A DNA stretch of 64,000 nt from Dehalococcoidales bacterium (GTDB lineage Bacteria > Chloroflexota > Dehalococcoidia > Dehalococcoidales > G020351185), in NCBI GenBank assembly GCA_963674855.2, contig CAXXST010000001.1:458744-522743 (forward strand), in the 5' to 3' direction. The position numbers and the translations under genes were made by a program. Under the pieces are notes generated by a model. The model worked only from the letters and a program-made list of their open reading frames with translations, was not told where the DNA came from and made no database searches. Position 1 is the first letter of the stretch. Each line of letters starts with the position of its first letter. Shown here piece by piece: positions 38,699 to 47,185 of this stretch.

Positions 38699-39613
38699 TT
38701 ATTTAACCAGATGCTGCAGATAGCGGTGCGCCTGCAATGAGGCTTTAGCCCCCTCGCCGGCAGCGATAACAATCTGCTTTTCAGACACATCGGTAACATC
38801 ACCGGCAGCAAAAAAGCCGGCAATACCGGTTTCGCCGGAACAGCCGACGGGTACTTCACCGTATTTGTTCAGCTCTAAAAGGTGCTTAACCGGCTCTGAA
38901 TTGGGTACCATGCCGATTTCAATAAACACACCGCCAACTTTAAGGTTTTTAATCTGCTTGGTATGAATGTTCTGTATAACAATGCCGCTGACAAAGGCAT
39001 TGCCTTCTATCTCCAGCGTTTGGTATTCAAGGTAAATATCCAGATTTTTGGCTTTTTCAAGCTGGTCTATAAGAATTTTGTCTCCGGTAAGCTGCGTTAA
39101 GGAAACCATATCCACGTGGTTGGCAATCTTGACCAGGTCTAGTGCGGCTTCAAGGGCAGAGTTGCCGCCGCCGATTATAGCTACCCTTTGCCTGATGAAG
39201 ACGGGGCCGTCGCAAATGGCGCAGTAGCTTACCCCTTTGCCGGTATATTTTTTTTCACCGGGAACGCCCAGCTTGCGGGACTTCTTGCCGGCGGCATAAA
39301 TAACAGACCGGGAGTTATATTTATCGCCGTCTTCGGTAATTACCTGAAAACCGCTTTTTATCTTTTTAATCCGGCTGACCCTGACGCCGATTTGCTGCTC
39401 TATAGGGTAGCTGTCAAGCTGGGTGGTAAAATTGTCTATAAGCTCAGGTCCTTCAATGAACTGGTAGCCAAGGTAGTTTTCAATGCCGAGGGTGTTGTTT
39501 ATCTGCCCGCCGATGTCATCGCTTATCAAAAGCGCTTTAAGCTGTTTGCGGGCAACATACACGCTGGCGGAAAGACCGGCGGGGCCGGCGCCGATTATTA
39601 TAATATCGTACAT
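38699..39613 (-). CDS. thioredoxin-disulfide reductase-like flavoprotein
   Basis: 304-aa ORF with FAD motif IIIIGAGPAGLSA, redox CxxC in YCAICDG, NADPH motif IIGGGNSALEAA, and GDV. Confidence 0.85.
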   Translation of the reverse strand: MYDIIIIGAGPAGLSASVYVARKQLKALLISDDIGGQINNTLGIENYLGYQFIEGPELIDNFTTQLDSYPIEQQIGVRVSRIKKIKSGFQVITEDGDKYNSRSVIYAAGKKSRKLGVPGEKKYTGKGVSYCAICDGPVFIRQRVAIIGGGNSALEAALDLVKIANHVDMVSLTQLTGDKILIDQLEKAKNLDIYLEYQTLEIEGNAFVSGIVIQNIHTKQIKNLKVGGVFIEIGMVPNSEPVKHLLELNKYGEVPVGCSGETGIAGFFAAGDVTDVSEKQIVIAAGEGAKASLQAHRYLQHLVK

Positions 39614-39751
39614 ATAAAATCCTGCCTTAAATATTACCGGGTTATAAAAGCATATTATAATCAGATTAAAAAGATGTCAAGAAGTATGTATATAAGGCGA
39701 AGCCTGGTATATAATAAAACTATAGCTGGGGATAAAAAAGGAGGCTGAAAA

Positions 39752-40345
39752 ATGGCTTATATGGCGATAGATTACAGTGGCTTGCTGGGAATGCCGGGTT
39801 TCAGTGATACTATGCTGAATAATCACTTCACCTTATATCAGGGATATGTCAACAATACAAATAAGTTAATAGAGACGCTGGCAACGATGTTGAAAGAGGA
39901 TAAAACCGGCACACCGGAATATGCCGAAATAAAGAGGCGCATGGGTTTTGAGTTCAACGGTATGCGCCTGCACGAATTGTATTTCGGCAGCCTTGGCGGT
40001 AAAAAGGCTGTAGATAAAGATTCAGAGATAGCAAAAAAAATGGCAGAGGACTTCGGCAGTTATGAGGAGTGGCAAAAGGATTTTAAGGCAACGGGTATGA
40101 TGCGCGGTATCGGCTGGGTTGTCCTGTATCAGGACAATATAAGCGGCAGGTTGCTGAACCAGTGGATAAACGAACACGAAAGCGGGCATTTAGCCGGCTG
40201 CGCGCCGCTGCTGATAATGGATGTCTTTGAGCATGCCTTTATAACCGATTACAGCCTGAAAAGAGCCGATTATATAGAAGCATTTTTCAGCAATATAAAC
40301 TGGGGCGTGGTAGAGGGGCGGTTAAAATGGAAGCAACGGTTGTAA
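39752..40345 (+). CDS. Fe/Mn-family superoxide dismutase (divergent N-terminus)
   Basis: 197-aa ORF with C-terminal ligand motif MDVFEHAF, a His in NGMRLHELYF, and an N-terminal NNHFTLYQGYVNN that aligns to the HHxKHHxxYVNN region. Confidence 0.8.
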   Translation: MAYMAIDYSGLLGMPGFSDTMLNNHFTLYQGYVNNTNKLIETLATMLKEDKTGTPEYAEIKRRMGFEFNGMRLHELYFGSLGGKKAVDKDSEIAKKMAEDFGSYEEWQKDFKATGMMRGIGWVVLYQDNISGRLLNQWINEHESGHLAGCAPLLIMDVFEHAFITDYSLKRADYIEAFFSNINWGVVEGRLKWKQRL

Positions 40346-40428
40346 AAAGTAATGTAAACGCTATTGACAATCGTTTGGGAATGGTTTATTCTGCAAGCTA
40401 AAGCCAACTATAAACAAGGAGGCAAGAG

Positions 40429-40569
40429 ATGCAAGGATACTGTGTAAAATGTCGTGCCAAGAGAGACATGAAAGATGCAAAATCCATAACAATGAAGAAC
40501 GGCAGGCCGGCAACGCAGGGCATTTGCCCCGTATGCGGCACCAAAATGTTCAAGATAGGCAAATGCTAA
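40429..40569 (+). CDS. small zinc-ribbon protein (CxxC...CxxC), DUF5679-like, paralog of 6506..6664
   Basis: Hand-translated 46-aa ORF below the track cutoff: [47 protein letters not shown] strong SD, AAGGAGG, lies 7 nt upstream of the ATG. Confidence 0.8.
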   Translation: MQGYCVKCRAKRDMKDAKSITMKNGRPATQGICPVCGTKMFKIGKC

Positions 40570-40832
40570 GACACTTATAGAAAAGGCATAACAAATTATT
40601 AAGCGCTGGGATAACCCAGCCGGATAATCAGCCTGAGAAATCAGCAGGCATCTATTTTATAGATGCCATAAAAAAATAGCTAATAGGCGCCGGTGTTGTG
40701 TTGAGCAGGCGCCAGGTGTTCTGTTTGCAAGCAAATCCGGTTATTACATAGCAATAAAGAGGGCAAACGGGATTTGATGGTATTTCAATTCCTGAATGCT
40801 TTTGTTTTTAAATTCTGTATAGATAAAAAAAT

Positions 40833-41465
40833 ATGCCGGAATCAAACAGAGCAGACGGGGTTATAAAAAGGCTGGAAAAAGAATACCCGGATGCCGAAAT
40901 AGCCTTGCGTTACACAAACCCCTTCGAACTGCTGGTAGCTACTATCCTTTCGGCGCAATGCACAGATGTAATGGTAAACAGGGTAACAACACCCCTTTTC
41001 AAAAAATACACAAGTATAAGAGATTACGCTGCCGCTGACCCGGAAACATTCGGGCAAGACATAAGATCAACCGGCTTCTACCACAACAAGGCAAAAAATA
41101 TCATAAACACTGCCGCAATTATACTGGAAAAATATGGAGGCGGCGTCCCGCAGACGATGGCAGAACTGCTTATTTTACCCGGTGTTGCCAGAAAAACAGC
41201 CAACATAGTGCTCTACAACGCTTTTGACATAACTGAAGGCATCGCCGTTGATACACACGTAAAAAGGCTTTCAAAACTGCTGGGTTTAACGCAGAATACA
41301 GACCCGCAAAAGGTTGAAAAAGACCTTATGCCGCAGATTCCCAAAGCAAAGTGGGGCAGTTTTCCATATCTTTTGATTGAGCATGGGCGTGCCGTTTGTA
41401 AAGCACGCAAACCGCAACATGAAAAATGCGTCCTGCAAGATATTTGCCCTTCGGCATCAATCTGA
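40833..41465 (+). CDS. nth: endonuclease III
   Basis: 210-aa ORF with HhH-GPD motif LPGVARKTANIVL (catalytic Lys) and catalytic Asp in VDTHV. The C-terminal Fe-S loop reads C-x6-H-x2-C-x5-C. Confidence 0.92.
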   Translation: MPESNRADGVIKRLEKEYPDAEIALRYTNPFELLVATILSAQCTDVMVNRVTTPLFKKYTSIRDYAAADPETFGQDIRSTGFYHNKAKNIINTAAIILEKYGGGVPQTMAELLILPGVARKTANIVLYNAFDITEGIAVDTHVKRLSKLLGLTQNTDPQKVEKDLMPQIPKAKWGSFPYLLIEHGRAVCKARKPQHEKCVLQDICPSASI

Positions 41466-41469
41466 ATCG

Positions 41470-42930
41470 CTAAAAGCCAAGCATACTGGCGGCAGCTTCG
41501 GTAATCCTGATAACAAGTGTCGGGGTGATGCCGGCAATAAGAACTCCGGCGCAGGCAAGCACCAGCGCAAGTTTAGGCAGAGGCGAAGCTGTGATTTTTT
41601 CATTGATAACGGGCTTGTCAAGCCACATAACCTTTACTACCCTAAGGTAATAGAAAGCCGAAATGACGCTGGCGATGACAGCGATAATTACAAGCCACAA
41701 AAGACCACTTTCCATAGCCCCGCTGAAAATATAAAACTTGGCGATAAAACCGGCTGCCGGTGGAAGCCCAGTCAGCGAAATAAGGCTAAGTGTAAGGGCA
41801 GCTGCCAGCAGCCGGGAACGGCGCCCGATGCCGGCGTAATCTTCAATAAGGCTGCTGTTGAGCTTGTTAGAGATGATTATAACGGCGCTAAAAGCCGCCA
41901 AATCCGCCAGGGTGAAGGCGGTGATATAGAAAAGCAGGTTGCTTTGCAGTTCCAGTGACGCCGTTGAAGACAGCCCGATGGCTGCCAGTCCAATCATAAT
42001 ATAACCGGAATGGGCGATGCCTGAATACGCCAGCATACGTTTTATATTACCCTGCTGAATGGCGAGGATGTTGCCAACCAACATGCCGGCAGCGCTTAAT
42101 ATGGCAAACATAACACCCCAGTCTGAACTAAGCGTTTGAGGCTGGCTGAATGCAGAGAAAAAGATCCTCAGTATTATGGCAAAACCGGCTGCCTTGCTGC
42201 CTACCGAAAGGAAAAGCGTAACCGGCGTCGGTGCGCCTTCATAGACATCCGGCGCCCACATATGGAATGGAACGGCGGCAATCTTAAAGCCAAAGGCGGC
42301 AACCATCAGCACAATGCCAAGCATCAGCCCGGGGCTGTCCATCAGGCTTTGGGCAGACATGCTGCCGATAGTTGCGGATATTTCTGCCAACCCGGTTTCA
42401 CCGGTAAAGCCAAAGACCAGCGCCATTCCGTAAAGCAGCGCCGCCGAGGCGATGCCGCCCAGCAAAACGAATTTCAGGGAAGCTTCTGTTGACTTCTTGT
42501 TCTTGAGAAGCGCAACCAGGATATAGCAGGATATAGCTACCAGTTCAAGAGAAATAAAAGCAGAGATAAGGCTAGCGGAAGAAGCCATAAGTATCATACC
42601 CAGTGTGGCTACCAGCAGCAGGGCATGATATTCAGCCCGGAAACGTGAAAACCTGGCGGAATAATCCACTGAAGCCATAACAACCAGCGCCGAAATCATG
42701 ATAAAAAGAATCTTGAAAAATATGGCGTAGTTATCAAGGGCGAACAGACCATTGAAGATAGACCGGGAATCGCCGCCCCACAGAGCCAGGCTGAAATTAA
42801 GCGCAACCGCCAGACCGGTCAGGCTTATAATGACGGAAAAAGCCCGCCGCCTGACAACAAGGTCAACCAGAATTACCAGCAGGGCGGTAATGGCGATGCT
42901 TATCTCCGGTAAAAACAGGTCAAAATTCAA
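41470..42930 (-). CDS. nuoN: NADH-quinone oxidoreductase subunit N
   Basis: 486-aa polytopic antiporter-like ORF. It is the last gene of the nuo array. Confidence 0.92.
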   Translation of the reverse strand: MNFDLFLPEISIAITALLVILVDLVVRRRAFSVIISLTGLAVALNFSLALWGGDSRSIFNGLFALDNYAIFFKILFIMISALVVMASVDYSARFSRFRAEYHALLLVATLGMILMASSASLISAFISLELVAISCYILVALLKNKKSTEASLKFVLLGGIASAALLYGMALVFGFTGETGLAEISATIGSMSAQSLMDSPGLMLGIVLMVAAFGFKIAAVPFHMWAPDVYEGAPTPVTLFLSVGSKAAGFAIILRIFFSAFSQPQTLSSDWGVMFAILSAAGMLVGNILAIQQGNIKRMLAYSGIAHSGYIMIGLAAIGLSSTASLELQSNLLFYITAFTLADLAAFSAVIIISNKLNSSLIEDYAGIGRRSRLLAAALTLSLISLTGLPPAAGFIAKFYIFSGAMESGLLWLVIIAVIASVISAFYYLRVVKVMWLDKPVINEKITASPLPKLALVLACAGVLIAGITPTLVIRITEAAASMLGF

Positions 42931-42939
42931 CTCATACTC

Positions 42940-44439
42940 CTATCCGCCAAAAAATGAAGCTATGGGCGCAATCCCGGTTTGCAAAACATCGGTAAGTATT
43001 GACGGAAAGATACCGACGGCGAACATAACAATAATAAATATAGAGCAATATAATATTTCGGTTTTATCAGCGTCCAGCACCGCATTGAAACGGCTGATGG
43101 GAGAGCCGAAAAAGACACGCTGCACCAGCCAAAGCACATATATAGCCGCCAGCACGATACCAAGCAGGCATATAAAGGTGAAGATATAAGCGTTGCCTAT
43201 CGTGTTGCTGGAAAAAGCCCCAAGGAATATGGAAACCTCGGCGACAAAACCGCTGGTGGAAGGCAGGGCGATGGCGCCCAGCCCGCCGATAATAAAAAAC
43301 AAGGCGATAAGCGGTATCTGGCGTGCCAGACCTCCAAGCTTCTTGATATTGCGCTCGCCGGTATTGTGCATAATAATACCGGTAACGGCAAACAGCAGCC
43401 CGGTGATGATGCCGTGGCTGAACATTTGCAATCCGGCGCCGATAAGGCTGAGTTCACCCAGGGCAAAGATGCCCAGCAGCACAAATCCCATGTGACTGAT
43501 ACTGCTGTAGGCGATAAGCCGCTTGATGTCTGTCTGGCGCAGTGTTACAGCAGCTCCGTAAATGACACTGATGGTCGCCAGCGCCAACAGCAGCGGGGCG
43601 TATTGCTGGGACGTCTGCGGGAAAATGCTGACGCAGACGCGTATCATGCCGTAGCCACCCATCTTGATAAGCGCGCCGGCAAGCATAACACTGGCGGCAG
43701 TGGGGGCATCGGTATGGGCGTCTGGCAGCCAGGTATGCAGGGGGAAGACCGGCAGTTTGACGGCAAAGCCGGTCAGCAGCAGGAAGAAAATGGGCGCTGC
43801 CGGCATAACCGCCTGCGCTACAGCCAGCCCCTGCTGTGAAATATCCACCATATTCAGGCTGCCGGTGGCGAAGTATAAACTTAAAATACCGGCAAGCATA
43901 AGGGCGCTGCCGAAGAGGGTGTATAAAACGTATTTAGTTGCCGAATATTCTTTTCTGCCGCTGCCCCAGATGGATATCAGGAAGAACATCGGGATAACCT
44001 CTATCTCCCAGAAGACGAAGAAAAGCATCAGGTCAAGGGAGCAGAAGACGCCAAGAATGCTGGTTTCCAGCAGCAGCAGCCAGAAGAAATATTGGCGCAC
44101 ACGCAGATTAATCTTCCAGGAAACAAGCACCACGATAAAACCAAGCAGGGTAGTAAGCAGTAAAAGCGGCAGGCTCAAACCGTCAACGCCAAGGTGATAG
44201 TCGGCGTTGATAGCCGGAATCCAGGACAGTGATTCCTCAAACTGCATAACGCCTGCCATTGAAGCAGATCTGTCAAAGGCGGTAAACAGGTAAATGGCAA
44301 TGCCCAGAGGTATAAGGGAGAAAAGGGCGGCAATATATCTGGTAAGGCGTGCAGAAAGCCCCGGTACAAGGGCGATAATCAGCGCCCCTGCCAGCGGCAG
44401 GAATATGATTGCCGAAAGATAACTAAAATCCAAAACCAA
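42940..44439 (-). CDS. nuoM: NADH-quinone oxidoreductase subunit M
   Basis: 499-aa antiporter-like ORF (WLPDAHTDAPTAASVMLAG), located between nuoL and nuoN. Confidence 0.93.
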   Translation of the reverse strand: MVLDFSYLSAIIFLPLAGALIIALVPGLSARLTRYIAALFSLIPLGIAIYLFTAFDRSASMAGVMQFEESLSWIPAINADYHLGVDGLSLPLLLLTTLLGFIVVLVSWKINLRVRQYFFWLLLLETSILGVFCSLDLMLFFVFWEIEVIPMFFLISIWGSGRKEYSATKYVLYTLFGSALMLAGILSLYFATGSLNMVDISQQGLAVAQAVMPAAPIFFLLLTGFAVKLPVFPLHTWLPDAHTDAPTAASVMLAGALIKMGGYGMIRVCVSIFPQTSQQYAPLLLALATISVIYGAAVTLRQTDIKRLIAYSSISHMGFVLLGIFALGELSLIGAGLQMFSHGIITGLLFAVTGIIMHNTGERNIKKLGGLARQIPLIALFFIIGGLGAIALPSTSGFVAEVSIFLGAFSSNTIGNAYIFTFICLLGIVLAAIYVLWLVQRVFFGSPISRFNAVLDADKTEILYCSIFIIVMFAVGIFPSILTDVLQTGIAPIASFFGG

Positions 44440-44448
44440 AACCTTTCA

Positions 44449-46335
44449 TCAGCCGAATATAAACATTGCCAGTATAATCAGGGTAATACCCAGTATAATA
44501 AAGATACCGTAAAGCTGAAGCTGCCCGCTATGTGTTTTTCTTGCACGCCTGCCGGCGTTGTTTATACTGGCGGCGGCTCCGTTTACAAGCCCGTCAATCC
44601 CATGGCTGTCAATAAAGCTTAAACCGGAAAACAGCCCTTCGTAGAAAATTTTCCTGGCGATAATTCTTTCGTAAAGCTCATCAAGCAGATACTTACGGGA
44701 TAACAATGAATACACCGGCGAAAACAGCTTGCCAATGCGTTCTGCCGAAAGCCACCTGGCGCTGTATATGGCATAAGACAGAAGAACACCGGCGCCTGCC
44801 ATAATCAGCGATACCCATGTAAGCGGGTGGGAGAAAATGCCGAAAAAGCCTTCAATAAATCCGTGCGTTTCGCCGTGACCCATAAAGCTGCCAAACCAGC
44901 CGCTGACATTCAGCAGACCGGTAACAATCGCCAGCACTGCCAGAACAACCATCGGCAGCGTCATCACTGCTGATGATTCGTGCGGTTTACCCTCGCCGCG
45001 GTAGCTGCCGCCGAAGGTAAGAAAGACGACACGGAACATATAGAAAGCCGTCATAAAAACGGTAATCAGGGCAAGTACGAAAAGGACAGGCTGATTCTCC
45101 AGTGCGCTGGCGAGAATTTCGTCCTTGCTCCAGAAACCGGCTAAAGGCCAGATGCCGATGATACTCAGCGAGGCGATAAGAAAAGTGGCGTAGGTCCAGG
45201 GCATAATCTTTTTCAGCCCGCCCATACGGCGCATATCAAACGTGCCGGTGGCGTGGTTGACGCTGCCGGCGCCCAGGAACAGAAGCGCCTTGAAGAAGGC
45301 GTGATTAAACAGATGAAATATGCCGACAGCCACACCGCCGGTGCCAAGCCCCAGCATCATATACCCAAGCTGGCTGATGGTGGAATATGCCAGCACGCGT
45401 TTTATGTCCGTCATAACAAGCGCTATGCCGGCGGATAAAATAGCCGTAACAGCACCGATAATGGAAACGGTTAAAAGAGCCTCTGGTGAATGCTCAAACA
45501 GTGGATACATACGGGCAACCAGGAAGATACCGGCGGCAACCATGGTGGCGGCGTGTATCAGCGCGCTGACGGGGGTAGGCCCTTCCATGGCGTCCGGCAG
45601 CCAGACGTGCAGTGGGAACTGGGCAGACTTGCCGGCAGCCCCCATAAAGATACCGATGGCAGCCCAGGTGAGTGCTGCGCCGCCAAGCGTTCCGGCAACC
45701 GCCAGCCCGTGAAGCTGGGCGATATCCAGCGTGCCTGTTTGTGAAAATAATAATAATATAGCCGCCAGAAAACCGAAATCGCCGATACGGGTGATAATAA
45801 AAGCCTTTTTAGCCGCATTAGCTGCTGCCGGGCGGTTGAACCAGAAACCAATAAGCAGATAAGAACAAAGACCAACAAGCTCCCAGAAAAAGAACATCAT
45901 AAGCAGGTTATCAGCCAATACCAGCCCAAGCATAGAGGCGGTAAAGAGAGACATAAAGGCGTAATAACGGTGATAGCCGGGGTCGTTGTGCATATAGCCC
46001 TGTGAATATATCTGCACCATCAGGCTGACAATAGTAACAACCAGCAGCATAATAGCAGTAAGCGAATCCATTATGATACCCAGCCGTATATCTATAACGC
46101 CGTCAATAAACAGCCATTTGAATCCTGGAATCACAAGCTCATGATGAGGTGATGAAATAACGCTGAACAATGCCCAGAAGGCAAGGCAGGTTGAAGCAAG
46201 GATTGCGCCTATAGAGAGATAGCCGCTGAACTTTGGATTACCCAACAGGCGGGTTATAAAAGATATAACTATGAATGAAGCCAGCGGCAACAGGAATATC
46301 AGCCAGACCAGTTCATTCGGCATTGTAACTTGCAT
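44449..46335 (-). CDS. nuoL: NADH-quinone oxidoreductase subunit L
   Basis: 628-aa antiporter-like ORF (WLPDAMEGPTPVSALIHAATMV) with the C-terminal lateral-helix extension. Confidence 0.94.
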   Translation of the reverse strand: MQVTMPNELVWLIFLLPLASFIVISFITRLLGNPKFSGYLSIGAILASTCLAFWALFSVISSPHHELVIPGFKWLFIDGVIDIRLGIIMDSLTAIMLLVVTIVSLMVQIYSQGYMHNDPGYHRYYAFMSLFTASMLGLVLADNLLMMFFFWELVGLCSYLLIGFWFNRPAAANAAKKAFIITRIGDFGFLAAILLLFSQTGTLDIAQLHGLAVAGTLGGAALTWAAIGIFMGAAGKSAQFPLHVWLPDAMEGPTPVSALIHAATMVAAGIFLVARMYPLFEHSPEALLTVSIIGAVTAILSAGIALVMTDIKRVLAYSTISQLGYMMLGLGTGGVAVGIFHLFNHAFFKALLFLGAGSVNHATGTFDMRRMGGLKKIMPWTYATFLIASLSIIGIWPLAGFWSKDEILASALENQPVLFVLALITVFMTAFYMFRVVFLTFGGSYRGEGKPHESSAVMTLPMVVLAVLAIVTGLLNVSGWFGSFMGHGETHGFIEGFFGIFSHPLTWVSLIMAGAGVLLSYAIYSARWLSAERIGKLFSPVYSLLSRKYLLDELYERIIARKIFYEGLFSGLSFIDSHGIDGLVNGAAASINNAGRRARKTHSGQLQLYGIFIILGITLIILAMFIFG

Positions 46336-46359
46336 ATAATTTACTCCGCTATCGCTCCG

Positions 46360-46665
46360 TTACCATTTCAAAAGGTTAATTTTAGAGGCGTCTATAGTTT
46401 CATGACGCCGGTAAATAGCTATAATTATCGCCAAGCCGATGGTTACTTCTGCAGCGGCCACCAGAATGCTGAAAATAGAAAATACCTGACCCGTAAGCAG
46501 TGTTGGCGTGATATAGCGGGAAAAAGCCACCAAAGCGATGTTTGCCGCATTCAGCATAAGTTCAATGCACATCAGGATAACCACGGCGCTGCGCTTGGAG
46601 AGCGCGCCGTAAAGACCGATGCAAAAGATAACGGCTGAAAGCACAAGATAATGCTCTAATGACAC
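46360..46665 (-). CDS. nuoK: NADH-quinone oxidoreductase subunit K
   Basis: 101-aa ORF with three TM helices. The conserved Glu residues are in context (CIELMLNA, AAAEVTIGLA). Confidence 0.93.
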   Translation of the reverse strand: MSLEHYLVLSAVIFCIGLYGALSKRSAVVILMCIELMLNAANIALVAFSRYITPTLLTGQVFSIFSILVAAAEVTIGLAIIIAIYRRHETIDASKINLLKW

Positions 46666-46666
46666 T

Positions 46667-47155
46667 TTATTTATCCCTCACTATGGTTATTGCGCCAATT
46701 ATGGTTGCCAGCAGCAGCATTCCGCCAATCTCCACCAGCAGGAACATACCGTCACGGCTGAAAAGTATATTAGCCAGTGTGGAAGTGGTGGTTTCAAGCG
46801 GCGCTTCGGCGGAAACGGGCCAGGCTGTGTTGAGCATGGCAAAAATGGTTATCCCCAATAAAACGGCGCAAATTATAAAAGACGGCAGCCTGAGCTTGTT
46901 GGAAAGGTTGCCGTGCTGCACCTCTTTGGTTAACATAATAGAAAGTATTATAAGAATGGCGATGGCGCCGACATATATAAGCACCTGCACGGCAGCCAGA
47001 AAGTCTGCGCTCAACGTAACGAAGATACCGGCGACTGCCAGAAAGCAGACCACCAGAGCCAATGCTGAGCGGAAGATGTTAGGCAGCAGAACAACAGCTA
47101 AAGCAGAAGCTGTCATCAGCGTTGCCAGCACCCAGAAAGCGATTTCTAATCCCAT
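46667..47155 (-). CDS. nuoJ: NADH-quinone oxidoreductase subunit J
   Basis: 162-aa polytopic ORF (VQVLIYVGAIAILI), located between nuoI and nuoK. Confidence 0.9.
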   Translation of the reverse strand: MGLEIAFWVLATLMTASALAVVLLPNIFRSALALVVCFLAVAGIFVTLSADFLAAVQVLIYVGAIAILIILSIMLTKEVQHGNLSNKLRLPSFIICAVLLGITIFAMLNTAWPVSAEAPLETTTSTLANILFSRDGMFLLVEIGGMLLLATIIGAITIVRDK

Positions 47156-47185
47156 TTTGTTTCCATAATAATAATTTATATTTTC

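Noticed and set aside
40647-40667. I considered the perfect 9-bp hairpin GGCATCTAT-TTT-ATAGATGCC as an intrinsic terminator of the small zinc-ribbon gene.
   Set aside because: It is followed by an A-tract rather than a U-tract on the coding strand, so I do not call it a terminator. It is mentioned only as part of the structured spacer.
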